In this document: positions 51,377-63,319 of the stretch, piece after piece | Position numbering within the stretch: position 1 is the stretch's first letter | How the letters are laid out: the number at the start of each line of letters is the position of its first letter | DNA from: Lama guanicoe | Lineage: Eukaryota | Reading direction: 5' to 3' | Length of the DNA: 64,000 nucleotides | Assembly (NCBI GenBank): GCA_013239625.1 | Contig: MU054187.1 | Span: 186,001 to 250,000 of the forward strand | The notes under the pieces: generated by a model | Told to the model about the DNA's origin: nothing | Database searches by the model: none | Seen by the model: the letters and a program-made list of their open reading frames with translations, nothing else | Translations under genes and position numbers: made by a program

Positions 51377-54300
51377 GGGAGATCAGGATGGCAAAGTGAG
51401 AGCACATGGAGCTCACTTCCCCCACAGGCACGTCAAGAATACACCTGCGTGTGGAAAAGTTCTCACAGAAGACTAAGTAAACGCTGGCTGAGGAGACCTG
51501 GACAGCCAAGGCTGCAGGGAAGACCCACATGTAATCGAGTAGGGCAAGAGGAAAAGCATTGGGTTGAGACCTGTACCCCTGTGGGGGACTCAGAAGGAAA
51601 AGGGAGCTCTCAGGGGTGGACTCTCACCCTGGGGCCCCCGTTCCTGGGGTCCTACATGCAGGAGACAAGCCCCCTTGGCTATTTGGAGAAGTTGGACTCC
51701 ATTCGTGAGTGCACGGTGCTGGCTGACCCTCAGGCAGGGCAGAGAGATCTGCCCGAGCAGCAGCTGGATTCCCGTGACTGACTGACCATGCACCCCAGCC
51801 CAGACCCGGCGAGCTGTACAGCCATGCTCACTCCATACCACATCAGAGCACTGGGCCTGGAATGGCCAAGACTGGGAAAAGAACCAACTGGGGCTGCGTC
51901 TGAGCACAGCTGCAGACGCCTCCATAGGAAGGGCATCGACTCTGTGAGCACAGAGGCCCCACGTGCTTCATCACTCCCTCCTCTGGGGCAGAGGTCCTGG
52001 TACAGGGAGAGGGAAAACACACACTCAGAGGGAACAGAACCAGCGCAAGCTGGGGATCAGCACTGAGCAGAGAGGCAGTCTCGCCTCATACCCTGCACAG
52101 GCCCTGGCTCCTAAAACACATGCCACACCCCCATCAAGGTGACAGTGGCCAGCACGGCCTGAGGAAAGATGGCACTGGCATCATCATCAGATCCAGCCCT
52201 CCCACCAAAATGGGTCCATGCGGTCCGTGTAGGGGCCCTCCCACATAAGAAGACCCATTCAAGACCAACACAGGTAGCTGTTTCACCAAAGTTTATAGAA
52301 GCAGAGAAAGTTAAGCAGGTGTATGTGAAGAAATGATGGCTGAAAACTTCCCAAACCTGAAGGAAACAGATATCCAGGTACAGGAAGCACAGAGGGTTCC
52401 AAACAAGATGAACCCAAACAGACCCACACCAACACTTGTCATAATTAAAACGGCAAAAGTTAAATGGAATCCTAATGGCAGCAAGAGAAAAGCAGAGTCA
52501 TATGCAAGAAAAGCCCTCAGAGGCTCTCAGCTGATTGTTCTGAAACTCTGCAGGCCAGAAAGGAGTGGCAAGATTCATGAGAAGTGCTGAAATGGGAAAA
52601 CCTGCAATCTAGGATACTCTACGCAGCAAGGTTATGATTTAGGATAAAAGGAGAGAGAAAGAACTTCCCAGAGAAGCAAAAACTAGAAGAATTCATCAAT
52701 ACTAACCCTTCCCTAAAAGAATTGTTGAGAAGTATTCTCTAACTGGAAAAGAAGTAAGACTCTATAGGAAAGGGAAAATCTCACAAGGAAACACAAATAT
52801 ATAGTAAGGGTTGAAGATTGCTTAAATAAGCCAGTACGAAGACTGAAAGACAAAAAAGTGTATAAACAGTTGTAACTACAATAAACAATTAAGGGAAAAG
52901 CATGAAGATGAAAACATGACATCAAAAACCAAGTATGGGGAAGGGAGTAAAAAAGGTAGATCTTTTAGAATGTGTTTGAACTTAAATGACTGTCAGTTTA
53001 AAACAAGTAGATATAATTATGCGTCAACATATATGAACCCCATGGTAACTACAAATCACCTACAATAGATACACAAAAGCCAAAAAGAAAGGAACACAAG
53101 CATGCCACCAAATATAATCATGAAACCATAAGAGAAGAAACAAAAAGAAAAAAGTGAACGGAGAAGAACTACAGAAACAATCAGAAAGCGTGTAGCAAAA
53201 TGGCAGTAAGCCCACACCTATCAGTAATTACCTTAAATGTCAGTGGGCTGGATACTGTGATTAAAAGACATAGAGTGGCTGATTGGATGAAAAAACAAGA
53301 TCCTTCAATGTGCTGCTTACAGGAGACTCACTTCAGGGCTAAAGACACACAAACTGAAAGTGAGGAGATGGAAAAATAATTCATCCAGATGGAAATGACA
53401 AGAAAGTGGGGGTAGCAATACTCATATCAGACAAAATGGACTTTAAAACAAAGGCTACAACAAGAGATGAAGGAGGGCGTGATACCAGTACAAGAAGATA
53501 CTACATCCACTAACATGTACACACCCAGTATAAGCACACCTAAGCATGTAAAGCAAATACCAACAGACACAGAGAGATTAACAATAATACAGTGATAGGA
53601 GGGGACTTCAACAACCTACTTACAGCAACAGACAGGTCACGCAGGCAGAAAATCAATAAGGCAACAGTGGTCTTAAGTGACAGAACAGACCATTTGGACT
53701 CAGTAGGTATCTGTGGGACATTCCATCCAGAAACAGCAGGACACCTTTTTAAGTGCACATGGCACATTCTCTAGAGTAGCTGATGTGCTAGGCCACAAAG
53801 CAAGTCTCAACCAATTTAAGAGGATAGAATTAGTATCAAGCATTTTTTTTCTGACCACAACAGTATGAAACTAGAAATCAGTTACAGAAAGAAAGATGGG
53901 GAAAGAACGAACACGCGGAGACTAAACATGCCGCTTGAAGGAAAAAAATGGATCAAAGAGGAAATCAGAAAATACCCCAAGACAAATGAAAATGGAAAGA
54001 CAGAACCCCAGAATCAATGGGTTGCAGCAAAAGCAGTTCTAAGAGCAAAGTTTGTAACAATGCAGGCTTTCTCCAGAAACAAGAAAAATTTCGAACAGCC
54101 TAACCTACCATCTGAAGGAATTAAAGAGAGAAGAAACAAAGCCCAAAGTCAGCAGAAGGCAGGAGCCAGTAAAGGTTAGAGAGGAAGTAAGTAAGACAGA
54201 GACTGCGAAAAAGCCAAAGAAAAGATCAGCGAAGCCTAAACATTTAGCCAGACTCACCAAGAAGAAAAGAGCGAGGAGATGAGAAATGAGAGAGGAGAAA

Positions 54301-55195
54301 CAACAAGCAATACCATAGAAATATTGACAGAAAATACTACAAAAGTTACATGCCAAAAAGTGGGCGATCTAGAAGAAATGGGCAAATTCCTGAAAACATA
54401 CAACCTGACAAGACTGAGTCAAGAAGAAAGAGACAATTTGAACAGACCAGTCACTAGCAGTGAAATTAAATTTGTGACCAACAAAACTTTGAGCAAACTG
54501 AAGTCCAGGGCAGAAGGCTTCATAGGGGAGTTCTAATCAATATGTAATGAAGAACTAACACGTGTATTTCTCAAACTATTTCAAAAAAGTTCAAGAGGAC
54601 AGAGCACTCCCAAACTCATTCTACGAGGCTACCATTAACCTGATACTAAAACCAGGCAAAAACACTACAAAAAAAGAAAGCTGCAGTATCTCTGATGAAC
54701 ACAGATGCAAAATACTAGCAAACCAGACTCCACAGTGTGAAAAAAGGATCCTCACCACGATCAGCTTGAATTTACTCCAGAGTCAAAAGGATAGCTCAAC
54801 ATTCACAGATCAAATCAGTGTGGTCATCACATTAACAAAAGGTAGGATGAAAACTCACATAAGCATCTCAGTAGACAGGAAGCATTTGACAAAACACAAC
54901 ATCGACCCATGCTAAAGAGAAAACTCCATCAATGTGAGTATGCAGTCAACAGACTTAGCAACAGACTCACAGAAAACAAATTAATGTTACTGAAGAGGGG
55001 CGTAAATTAGCTGTATGGGGTTAGGAAATATTAACTACTATGTATGAAATATGCAAGAAGGTTATGTTGTACAACACAGGGAATTATATAGCCATTATCT
55101 TATAATAAATTTTAATGGCGTATAGTCTGTAAAACTATAGAATCACTGTGCTGTATACTTTAAATCAACTATACTTCAGTAAAAAAAACAAATAC
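51377..55195 (+). mobile_element. Sense-oriented L1 with 5'UTR, partial ORF1, ORF2 endonuclease region and 3'UTR; large internal deletions
   Basis: 5'UTR start gggagatcaggatggc; ORF1 remnant MAENFPNLKETDIQVQEAQRVPNKMNPNRPTP; ORF2 remnants IGGDFNNLL and LPNSFYEATINLILKPGK; 3'UTR ending atacttcagtaaaaaaaa. Confidence 0.9.
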
Positions 55196-55354
55196 ACATT
55201 TAAAATAAATAGACTCATTCTTGCTTGTGCCTCCTTTATAGCCACACTCATCCCCTTTCCCAGCCCTACCCCGTGGCAACCACTGACCTGCTCTCATCAT
55301 TATAATTCTGTCATTTTATGCTGGTTACATAAGTAGGCCATGGAGTGTCCATCA

Positions 55355-55771
55355 GTATTAGTTTGCTAGGCCTGGCTATGCACAGTACCAAAAGCTGGAT
55401 GGTTAAAACCGAAGAGAATTAATGTTTCACACTTCTGGAGGTGGAAGCCTGAAATCATGGCGTCAGCAGGGCCTCGCCAGCTCTGCCAGCTCTGGTGTCC
55501 ACCGGCCATCCTTGGCATTGCTTGGCTTGTAGTGGCCAGTCGCGTGGCCATCCCCTCTCTGTGTCTTCACGTGGCCTCCCTCTGTGCTTATCTGTGTCCA
55601 AATTTCCCCTTTCTGTAAAGAAGACAGCAGTCATTGGATTAGGGTTCATTGTAATGATTTTATCTTAACTTGTTTGTAAATACCTTCTTTCCAAGTAAGG
55701 TCACATTCTGAGGTGCTGGAGTTAGAACTCCAGTAGGTCTTTTTTGGAGGGATCCAATTCAACCCTTAACA
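55355..55771 (-). mobile_element. MaLR (MLT1-type) solo LTR
   Basis: gtattagtttgctagg...cacacttctggaggtggaagcctgaaatca...aaggtcacattctgagg...aattcaacccttaaca. Confidence 0.85.
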
Positions 55772-56192
55772 TCTCCTTCTGAAATTTTTTTCTTTTTTCA
55801 ATTGGCATAATTCTCCAGAGATTCATCCAGAGAACTAATGGTGTTGAACTTTTTTTTTTTAATGGCTGAATTTATTCAAGGTACACTGTCAAAGTAAGCA
55901 AGGGCTTGCCCAAGAAGGGTTATACAGCAGAAGCTGTAATGGAGCTTCAAGTAACAAAGAATTGAAACCAGCACTTTTCTTCTTTACCACCTTTGGAATG
56001 AAGAGCCGAGGTGCTCCACTGGCTGGTTCCTCATGTATTAATTCAGTCTTAAATTTAAAAGGTAGAGGAGTGAAAGACGAGGGTTGAGGGAAGGAGAAAA
56101 AGATGAGGGAGGAATAGAGACTATTAAAAGGAAAGAGAGACAAACTAGTTTCAGTTTTCTGTATTCTTCACCCTTCTCACCCATGACCACTC

Positions 56193-57303
56193 TTTTTTTT
56201 TAACTTTTTTTTATTGAATTATAGTCATTTTACAATGTTGTGTCAAATTTCAGTGTAGAGCACAATTTTTCAGTTATACGTGAACATACATATATTCATT
56301 GTCACATTTTTTTCTCTGTGAGCTACCACAAGATCTTGTATATATTTCCCTGTGTTATACAGTATAATCTTATTTATCTATTCTACATTTTGAAATCCAA
56401 GTCTGTCCCTTCCCACCCCCTGCCCCCTTGGCAACCACAAGTTTGTATTCTATGTCTATGAATCTGTTCCTGTTTTATATATATGTTGGGTTTTTTTTCA
56501 GATTCCACATATGAGCGATCTCATATGGTATTTTTCTTTCTCTTTCTGGCTTACTTCACTTAGAATGACATTCTCCAGGAGCATCCATGTTGCTGCAAAT
56601 GGCATTTATGTTGTCGGTTTTCATGGCTGAGTAGTATTCCATTGTATAAATATACTACCTCTTCTTTATCCAGTCATCTGTTGATGGACATTTAGGCTGT
56701 TTCCATGTCTTGGCTATTGTAAATAGTGCTGCTATGAACATTGGGGTGCAGGTGTCTTTTTGAAGTAGGGTTCCTCTGGATATATGCCCAGGAGCGGGAT
56801 TGCTGGGTCATATGGTAAGTCTATTCCTAGTCTTTTGAGGAATCTCCATACTGTTTTCCACAGTGATTGCACCAAACTGCATTCCCACCAGCAGTGTAGG
56901 AGGGTTCCCTTTTCTCCACAGCCTCTGCAGCATTTGTCATTTGTGGACTTTTAAATGATGGCCATTCTGACTGGTGTGAGGCGATACCTCATTGTAGTTC
57001 TGATTTGCATTTCTCTGATAATTAGTGATATTGAGCATTTTTCATGTGCCTATTGATCATTTGTATTTCTTCCTTGGAGAACTGCTTGTTTAGGTCTTTT
57101 GCCCATTTTTGGATTGAGTTTTTTTTTTTTTCTTATTAAGTCATATGAGCTGCTTATATATTCTGGAGATCAAGCCTTTGTCGGTTTCATTTGCAAAAAT
57201 TTTCTCCCATTCCATAGGTTGTCTTTTTGTTTTACTTATGGTTTCCTTTGCTGCGTAGAAGCTTGTAAGTTTAATTAGGTCCCATTTGTTTGTTCTTGCT
57301 TTT
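56193..57303 (-). mobile_element. Young 5'-truncated L1 (~1.1 kb), same family as 738-1453
   Basis: Near-identical to 738-1453 over the shared ~700 bp; T-rich head tttttttttaacttttttttattg. Confidence 0.93.
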
Positions 57304-57388
57304 GATGGAGATACTGGGGATTGAACCCAAGACCTTATGCACGCTAAGCATGTGCTCTACCACTGAGCTATAAACGCCCACCCACCCC
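57304..57388 (-). mobile_element. tRNA-derived SINE (head part; tail apparently displaced by the L1 insertion)
   Basis: Reverse complement contains tatagctcagtggtagagcacatgcttagcgtgcataaggtcttgggttcaatccccagtatctccatc. Confidence 0.88.
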
Positions 57389-57625
57389 GGCCCTGCCCAC
57401 ACAAGACATCGTTCTGTGTGTTTGTCATTTGTATGCCCTTTTTGGTGAAATGTTAATACGTGTCTTTTGCCCATTTTCGGTTTGGATTATTACCGTTGAG
57501 TTTTTAAGTTCTTTATTCTGTTTAGAAAGCTTTTGTTGGATATGTGATTTGCAAATGTTTCTCGGGGTCTGTAATTTGTCTTTTCAGTTCATCACATAAG
57601 GTTTTTTTTTTCTTCCTGAGTACTC

Positions 57626-57785
57626 TTTTTTTTTTAAATTTTTAAAATTAATTAATTAATTTGGGGGGGAGATAATTAGGTTTATCTTCCCTAATTTATT
57701 TATCTTTAATGGAGGTACTGGAGATTGAACCCAGGACCTTGTGCATGCTAGGTACTCAATCTGTACCACTCAGCTAACCTCCCCC
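57626..57785 (-). mobile_element. tRNA-derived SINE with AT-rich tail
   Basis: Poly-T/AT-rich tail then taatggaggtactggagattgaacccaggaccttgtgcatgctagg...accactcagcta. Confidence 0.88.
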
Positions 57786-58399
57786 TCAACAGGAGTTTTT
57801 GCAAAGCAAAAGTCTTTAAATTTTTTGTGGTCAAATTCATCAGCTTTTCTTCTCATGGTTCATGCTTTTATTCTCAAGTCAAAGACAAGTCAAGTCTCTT
57901 TGCTTCGCTCTAGGTCCCAAAGTTTTACCTTATACACTCTTCTCTAGAAGATTTATGTACACCTGAGTCCATGCTGCATTTTGAGTCAGTTTTTGTGTAA
58001 GGCGCATTCTTTGCCTGTGGAGGTCAGTGTTTGTTTATGGGCCTCCTTCCTGCGTTGAATTGCTTTTGCAACTTTGTCAAAAATTCATTGGGCATTTTTG
58101 TGTAGAAGAGATCTATTTCTAATACAATTTTAACAGTAAGGTTGGTAGTACTACTTTGAATCAATTGGTTGTGTCTTTTTCTGACTTTATTCTTAATCCC
58201 AGTGCTAAAGGTAATTTGATAGTTAAGTTCAAAGGAAATGAGGCCATTTTCGCTCACTGGGAGACAGAAAAAGAGACAGTATGCCAAATCCAGGATATTT
58301 ACAGAGAATCTAATATCTTTGAAGATTGTCAGATAAATTCTCACCTTCAGATAATCTTGTAGAAGTCTTTACTCTTTTTGAGAAATCTACCAGTTTTTA

Positions 58400-59560
58400 A
58401 AGTGTTTCTTGCCAATTGTTCCAAAACAACCATTTATAACTCCTCAGTCCGGTACAGGATTGTGTGCTGTGCTGCGACCTGTCTCCCACTCCTTCCAGTG
58501 GAACAATTTTTCATCTTTGCTCATCTTTTATGACCTTGTCATTTTTGAAGAAGAGGCCAGTTGCTTAATAGAATGCCCCTTCATATAGATTTGCCTGGCC
58601 ATGAATAGAGTGAGGTTATGCGTTTTCAACAGGAACATCACATAAAAAATACTGTGTTCATATCAGGAGGCACACAGTTGATTTGTCCCAGTGCTTTTCT
58701 GTGTTATCAATTGATTAAGATGCTGTCTTCCAGGCTTCTCCGCTCTAAAGTTAAATAATAAGTATTTCATACTTATTAATTAATAACTATGTAACAAATG
58801 TTCTGTGGGAAGATAGTTTAAGACTGTATATATAAATGTCCTATTTCTTATCAAACTGTTACTCACTTTTTAACATCTATATGATTCTTGCCTGAATTAT
58901 TACTCTGATAGTGGTCAATTGGTAATTTTGTAATTCCAGAATTTTTTCTATTTTGGCTATAATTAGGACCTTTTCATTTCCATGATTGGACTTGAATATG
59001 TGTTCACCTATTTATCTCAGTTTGGGCCAGTAGATTCAGTTTTTTTGGTTCAATGGGTTATGATCTGTAACTGCTGTTTATTTTGATACTCAGATCTCCC
59101 GAGATTCAAGTAGCCTCCTGTGTCCTTTGGACGTGTACTCATCATTCTTCCAGTACTTCCTTACTTTCTGACACAATAAGATGCTTCAGACTCATTTTTC
59201 TTTGCTCTGTAATCAGCCATCTCTTAAGGAGCCCTAGGTGATTTTAACGAAGAATGGCATTTAGAAGCCAAGATCCCAAGATCTGGTACTAGGTGGGCTC
59301 ATTTGCTGCTGGGATGTCATTGCTTCTAGGTCCTCTCAAGACAGAGCAAGGAAATACATGTGTTCTCAAGCACACATATATACAAGTCCATATCTGTTCT
59401 TTCTTTGTTTCTCTCAGCCTAAAATCTTGGTTTTGTACCAGTACCTCCAACTCTAGATCATCACCACAGTACTGACTCTAGATTGTCTCATTTCCATATC
59501 TATAATTCCCTTACCCAACAGTGAGAAACTTGGTTCTCATTTTCCTCAATATATCTTTGT
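58400..59560 (-). mobile_element. Old L1MC-type 3' region
   Basis: tgtgggaagatagtttaagact, ttcaatgggttatgatct, aatcagccatctcttaaggagccct...tttagaagccaagat. Confidence 0.65.
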
Positions 59561-59859
59561 CTAATTATCTATATGTGATCAGCCTCCCATGTGAGCTGCT
59601 TCCTCCACTCAACTCACAGCTTCTAACCTTGCTGGTCACCTCCTCTGCCCAGTCTTATCAGCCAGCCACATGGGATCCTCAGCCTGACCATACCATCCCT
59701 GCCAGCAACACCAACTTAACCTCATGCCAGCCAGGTTCTCATGGCCCAGCCCTGCTGACCTCAAGGGTCTTCCTAGGCAAATCCTGGCCCCATTTACAAC
59801 TACTGAATCCTGAATTCTGACCAAAGGGAAAAGGCTGAATGTCATTATGTTAATTATGT

Positions 59860-59972
59860 CCTAAGCACCTCCCAGAGGCCCCCCTCTGCCATTACCATCA
59901 CATTGAGGGTTAGTACTTCAACATATGGAGTTGGGGTGGTGAGAGGGAAATACTAACATTCAGTTCATAACA
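59860..59972 (-). mobile_element. MaLR LTR terminal fragment
   Basis: accatcacattgagggttagtacttcaacatatg...aacattcagttcataaca. Confidence 0.65.
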
Positions 59973-60388
59973 GTCCCTTACCCTTAGGAAACCACATCCA
60001 GCAGGAGAGAAGGATGTGCATATTCTGAATATGAGACACTGATGGTGACGTCCTGAGTGTGTGGGCGTGGGGTTGAGGGAGAGGGCATGACTTCATCCTG
60101 CATGGGTCAGAGGTCAAGCAGAGTGGGGCCTGGGAAGGGCAGACTGTCGCCCAGTAAAGGAGCCCCTTACACTGCTGCAGGCTGGGCCTCACAGAGCTCA
60201 GCTGTGTCCGGGACAGCTAGTGACCAAGACGTGCAGAGGCCATGGCATGTTTTGAAATATTTGTTGAAATGATATCAGAAACTGTTAGTGTTAATAATAA
60301 TCACCTAAGGTTATTGCTTTTGAAAAATAATTTTGGATATAAGAGTAGCTATTATATTAACAGCCTTGACTGTGTCTTTGAATTACAG

Positions 60389-60590
60389 GTAAACAGTTTG
60401 GAGCCCAGGGAGCTATGGCTGGTGGTGACTGACGTTACTCTGCAAATGCAGCGTGGGGACAACTCTGGCCTTCCCAGAACCATGCCTGTGTGGGTGGCCC
60501 CCTCATGCGTGCTGGGCCCGGAAGTCCAAGATGCACTCTCTGAGGCTGTCTCCCAGAGCTTCCTCTTCCGGGATGCCCTCCTAGACCAGG
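60389..60590 (+). CDS. SPIDR: SPIDR internal coding exon (202 nt, ~exon 15)
   Basis: Acceptor tgtctttgaattacag| and donor CAGG|gtatgc. Translates VNSLEPRELWLVVTDVTLQMQRGDNSGLPRTMPVWVAPSCVLGPEVQDALSEAVSQSFLFRDALLDQ(G); recalled human EIWLLVTDVTLQ...VAPLCVLGSEV...FKDALRDQG. Confidence 0.93.
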
Positions 60591-61074
60591 GTATGCTTTC
60601 ATCTCACTGATAGCTCTGATGTGGCGACCAAGAGATGCCATAGACTGGCTTTGTGGGTTCTTGCTGCCTTTGTCTTGCTCTGTAACCACTGGCCCCGTCC
60701 CAAATCTGCTGCGGCCATGACCCTTGTAGTGGCCGCCTGGACACAACCAGAACTCCCTGCAGTGCCGACACGCCCGCAGGAGATGTGGTCTGTTGCGGTC
60801 ACACTTTTACAGATGCAGGAGCCACCTGAAGCCACTGCCTAGAGCAGCACTTTTCAAAACAAAGGAAAGGCTAGAACATTGTAACATGCGTTCTTCCCTC
60901 GGCACCAACCCCCTGTGGACATCAGACTCCACAGGTGCTCACAGCCCTTCTGTGAGTGGCCTGGGGTTTGCGTGGAGCCTGCACTTGAATCATCTCTTGA
61001 TCATTACAGCGCCTGACACGACAGCAGTGCTCTGGACTGCTGCTGGTGTGCAGCAGATTCAGAGTTTGCCTTTG

Positions 61075-61163
61075 GAACTTCCTGGAACTTTTTCCAAATA
61101 TTTTCTATCCATCGTTGTTTGAATCCACACTTGTTTGCATCTGCAGATACAGAGGCCTGACTG
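61075..61163. mobile_element. Tigger3/MER8-like DNA transposon end
   Basis: ttttccaaatattttctatcc...tgaatcc...gcagatacagaggcctgactg resembles the Tigger3-family terminus. Confidence 0.55.
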
Positions 61164-61492
61164 TGTGCTCAGATAAGTCAGCCCTTTATTCCCAGGAATC
61201 ACTCTAGGATCCTGCCTAGACTGTATTTTCCACTTTATAACTTACATGGCACAAAATCTGCCTTTCTGAATCGAATTTGAACCTAGTGTTTGTGTGCATT
61301 TCCAGCTTAGTGCATGGGGCTTTGGGTTTCCTTTCTGCACAGTGTTGGACACACAGGGCCCCCACAGCAGTGCCCTCAGCTCTACCTGCCCCTGACTCCC
61401 AGGAGGCTGCAAAGGACACGTCTCTACTGGAGAGAGAACTTGCTTGTTTCAGAGCTCAGAGCTGTGGTAACCTGAGGTGTGTCTGTTGGCAG

Positions 61493-61639
61493 GTCGGATC
61501 GTTTGTATTGGACGGACTGTCCTCTTGCTTCCAAAGCCCCACCTGGGTGTGGCCTCGGATGCCTGGGAGCCGCCGGGCCCTGTGAGGCTGGATGCATTGG
61601 ATTCTGTCACTCGGGTCAACTCCATCTGCAGTGTCCAAG
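61493..61639 (+). CDS. SPIDR: SPIDR internal coding exon (147 nt, ~exon 16)
   Basis: Acceptor gtctgttggcag| and donor AAG|gtgtgt. Translates (G)RIVCIGRTVLLLPKPHLGVASDAWEPPGPVRLDALDSVTRVNSICSVQ(G); recalled human GRIVCAERTVLLLQKP...VNSICSVQG. Confidence 0.93.
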
Positions 61640-61704
61640 GTGTGTAGTCGATCTTGCTAGAAGAGGTATTTATGTTTCCTTAAATACCACACTTACTTTA
61701 TATT

Positions 61705-61830
61705 CACCTGTTCACTTGTTCAGCAAGTGTTTGTTGAGTACCTGACAGGTTCCATACACTGGATATATAAGGAGCAGAATCAGAAGTGACTCCTGCCTCC
61801 CAGACTCGTAGTCTGTAGAGAAGAACCAGC
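61705..61830 (-). mobile_element. L2 3'-end fragment
   Basis: ttcacttgttcagcaagtgtttgttgagtacct...ctcctgcctcccagactcgtagtct. Confidence 0.6.
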
Positions 61831-63319
61831 AAATACAGAACTACAGCCTCCAGTGTTCGAGAGCAGGAAGGGCAGGAGGGAGCAGGCAGGGGGCAGGTGG
61901 AGGGTGGGGGCAGGAGGAGAGCAGGATGGGATGGGGGCTGGGAAGCACAAGGGGTGAGAGAGAGGGAGAAGGGCATCTGGAGAGGCGAGTGCATGTGCAG
62001 CAGAGTCAGAGTTGGCCTGGGGTTGCAGCTGGGTGGGGGTGAAGCTCGGGAAGGGAAGCAGATCTGGGGTGGATTTAGACAGGAGGGAAGTTGCCGGGGA
62101 AGATGACGAAGTCAGTGCAGAGGGAGCGAGACCCGAGCAGAGAAGGAACATCTGTGAAAGTCATTTCCAAAAAGTGTACAGAAATTCCAAAAGTCACATT
62201 GAGGGACTGCCCCTCCACCCCTAGACCACTAGATTCCCGAGCCCATGATGGTCTGTACGAACAGCCAAAGCTGTGATCCACCGGTGCTTGGATCCATGGT
62301 CCCCATGTGCTGGTGTGTGTTCGGTGCATCAAGGCCATTTGGATTTTCTCTTTTGGGCGCCTCCTCTCACTGTTAGTACTGAGATGTAACTGCTACAGCC
62401 AAGTGGCCTTTAAGGAAGCAGGCTCTAACGGCCATGTCTCATCTCTGAAGCAGGGACAGTAGACCTGACTTCAGAGCAAAGGAGTACATAAGATGCACCC
62501 TGGCGGCCCTGGGGCTGATGGGGGAGGCAGACACTCAGTGCTTCCACTGCACAGCCAGGCAGCCCGCTGCGGGTGGAGGGCTGGAGCCAGTGACCGCAGG
62601 GTTGGTGGCCCCAGGGCCGTCAGGGTCTCTCAGGCAGAGCTGGTGAAAGGCACATGGAAAAGCCCCAGAGGTGCCCAGGCAGCTATAAGGTTCACACGTT
62701 GAAGGGGAGACGGGGCTGTGGTTCAGACTGGTTCTGTCTTGCTCTGCTGTCCCTGCCCATGCCGAGGAGGTGGAATGGTCAGGTTTTTGTCTTAAATGAA
62801 GCAGTGCTTTCAGCACCATGAGTAGGCTTTGGTGCAGAGCAGGGGCTGGTGGTTGGCAGGAAGATGATTGCCTGGCTCTTTGGAGGAGTGCAGGTGAGGG
62901 TGGTTGAGAGTCTGGGAGGCTGACGAGCCCCTGGCAGGCAGGCTGTGAGGGCCAGATGCCTGCAGACCTGGGGCAGCCTGTCCACAGTCTGTGGTCTCCA
63001 GACGCCTGCGGAGATCCCATCCTGTGACCTTTCTCAGAGCAGAGAAGGGTGAGGACACAGCCCCCATGTGAAAGTTACTGCCCATGCCACTTAGGCCTTG
63101 GGGACCTGGAATCTTAAGACCACAGGCACCAGCAGTGCCTAGAGCACCGTTTTATGAGGAAATACATCCCTGAAGAGCTGGCTTCCAAAGAGGTTTGGAA
63201 CCTGACTCACTCTTAACTGCAGCCCGTGAGTAAGAAGCACAGAGGTATGAGCAGAGGGGAGTCTACAGACACCTGTGGGGAGAGAGGAGGGTTGATTTTT
63301 CTGAAGAACCTCATATTTT

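Noticed and set aside
50894..51781. 295-aa plus-strand ORF
   Set aside because: Non-ATG start, runs from GC-rich intron into an L1 5'UTR; no protein similarity recognised.
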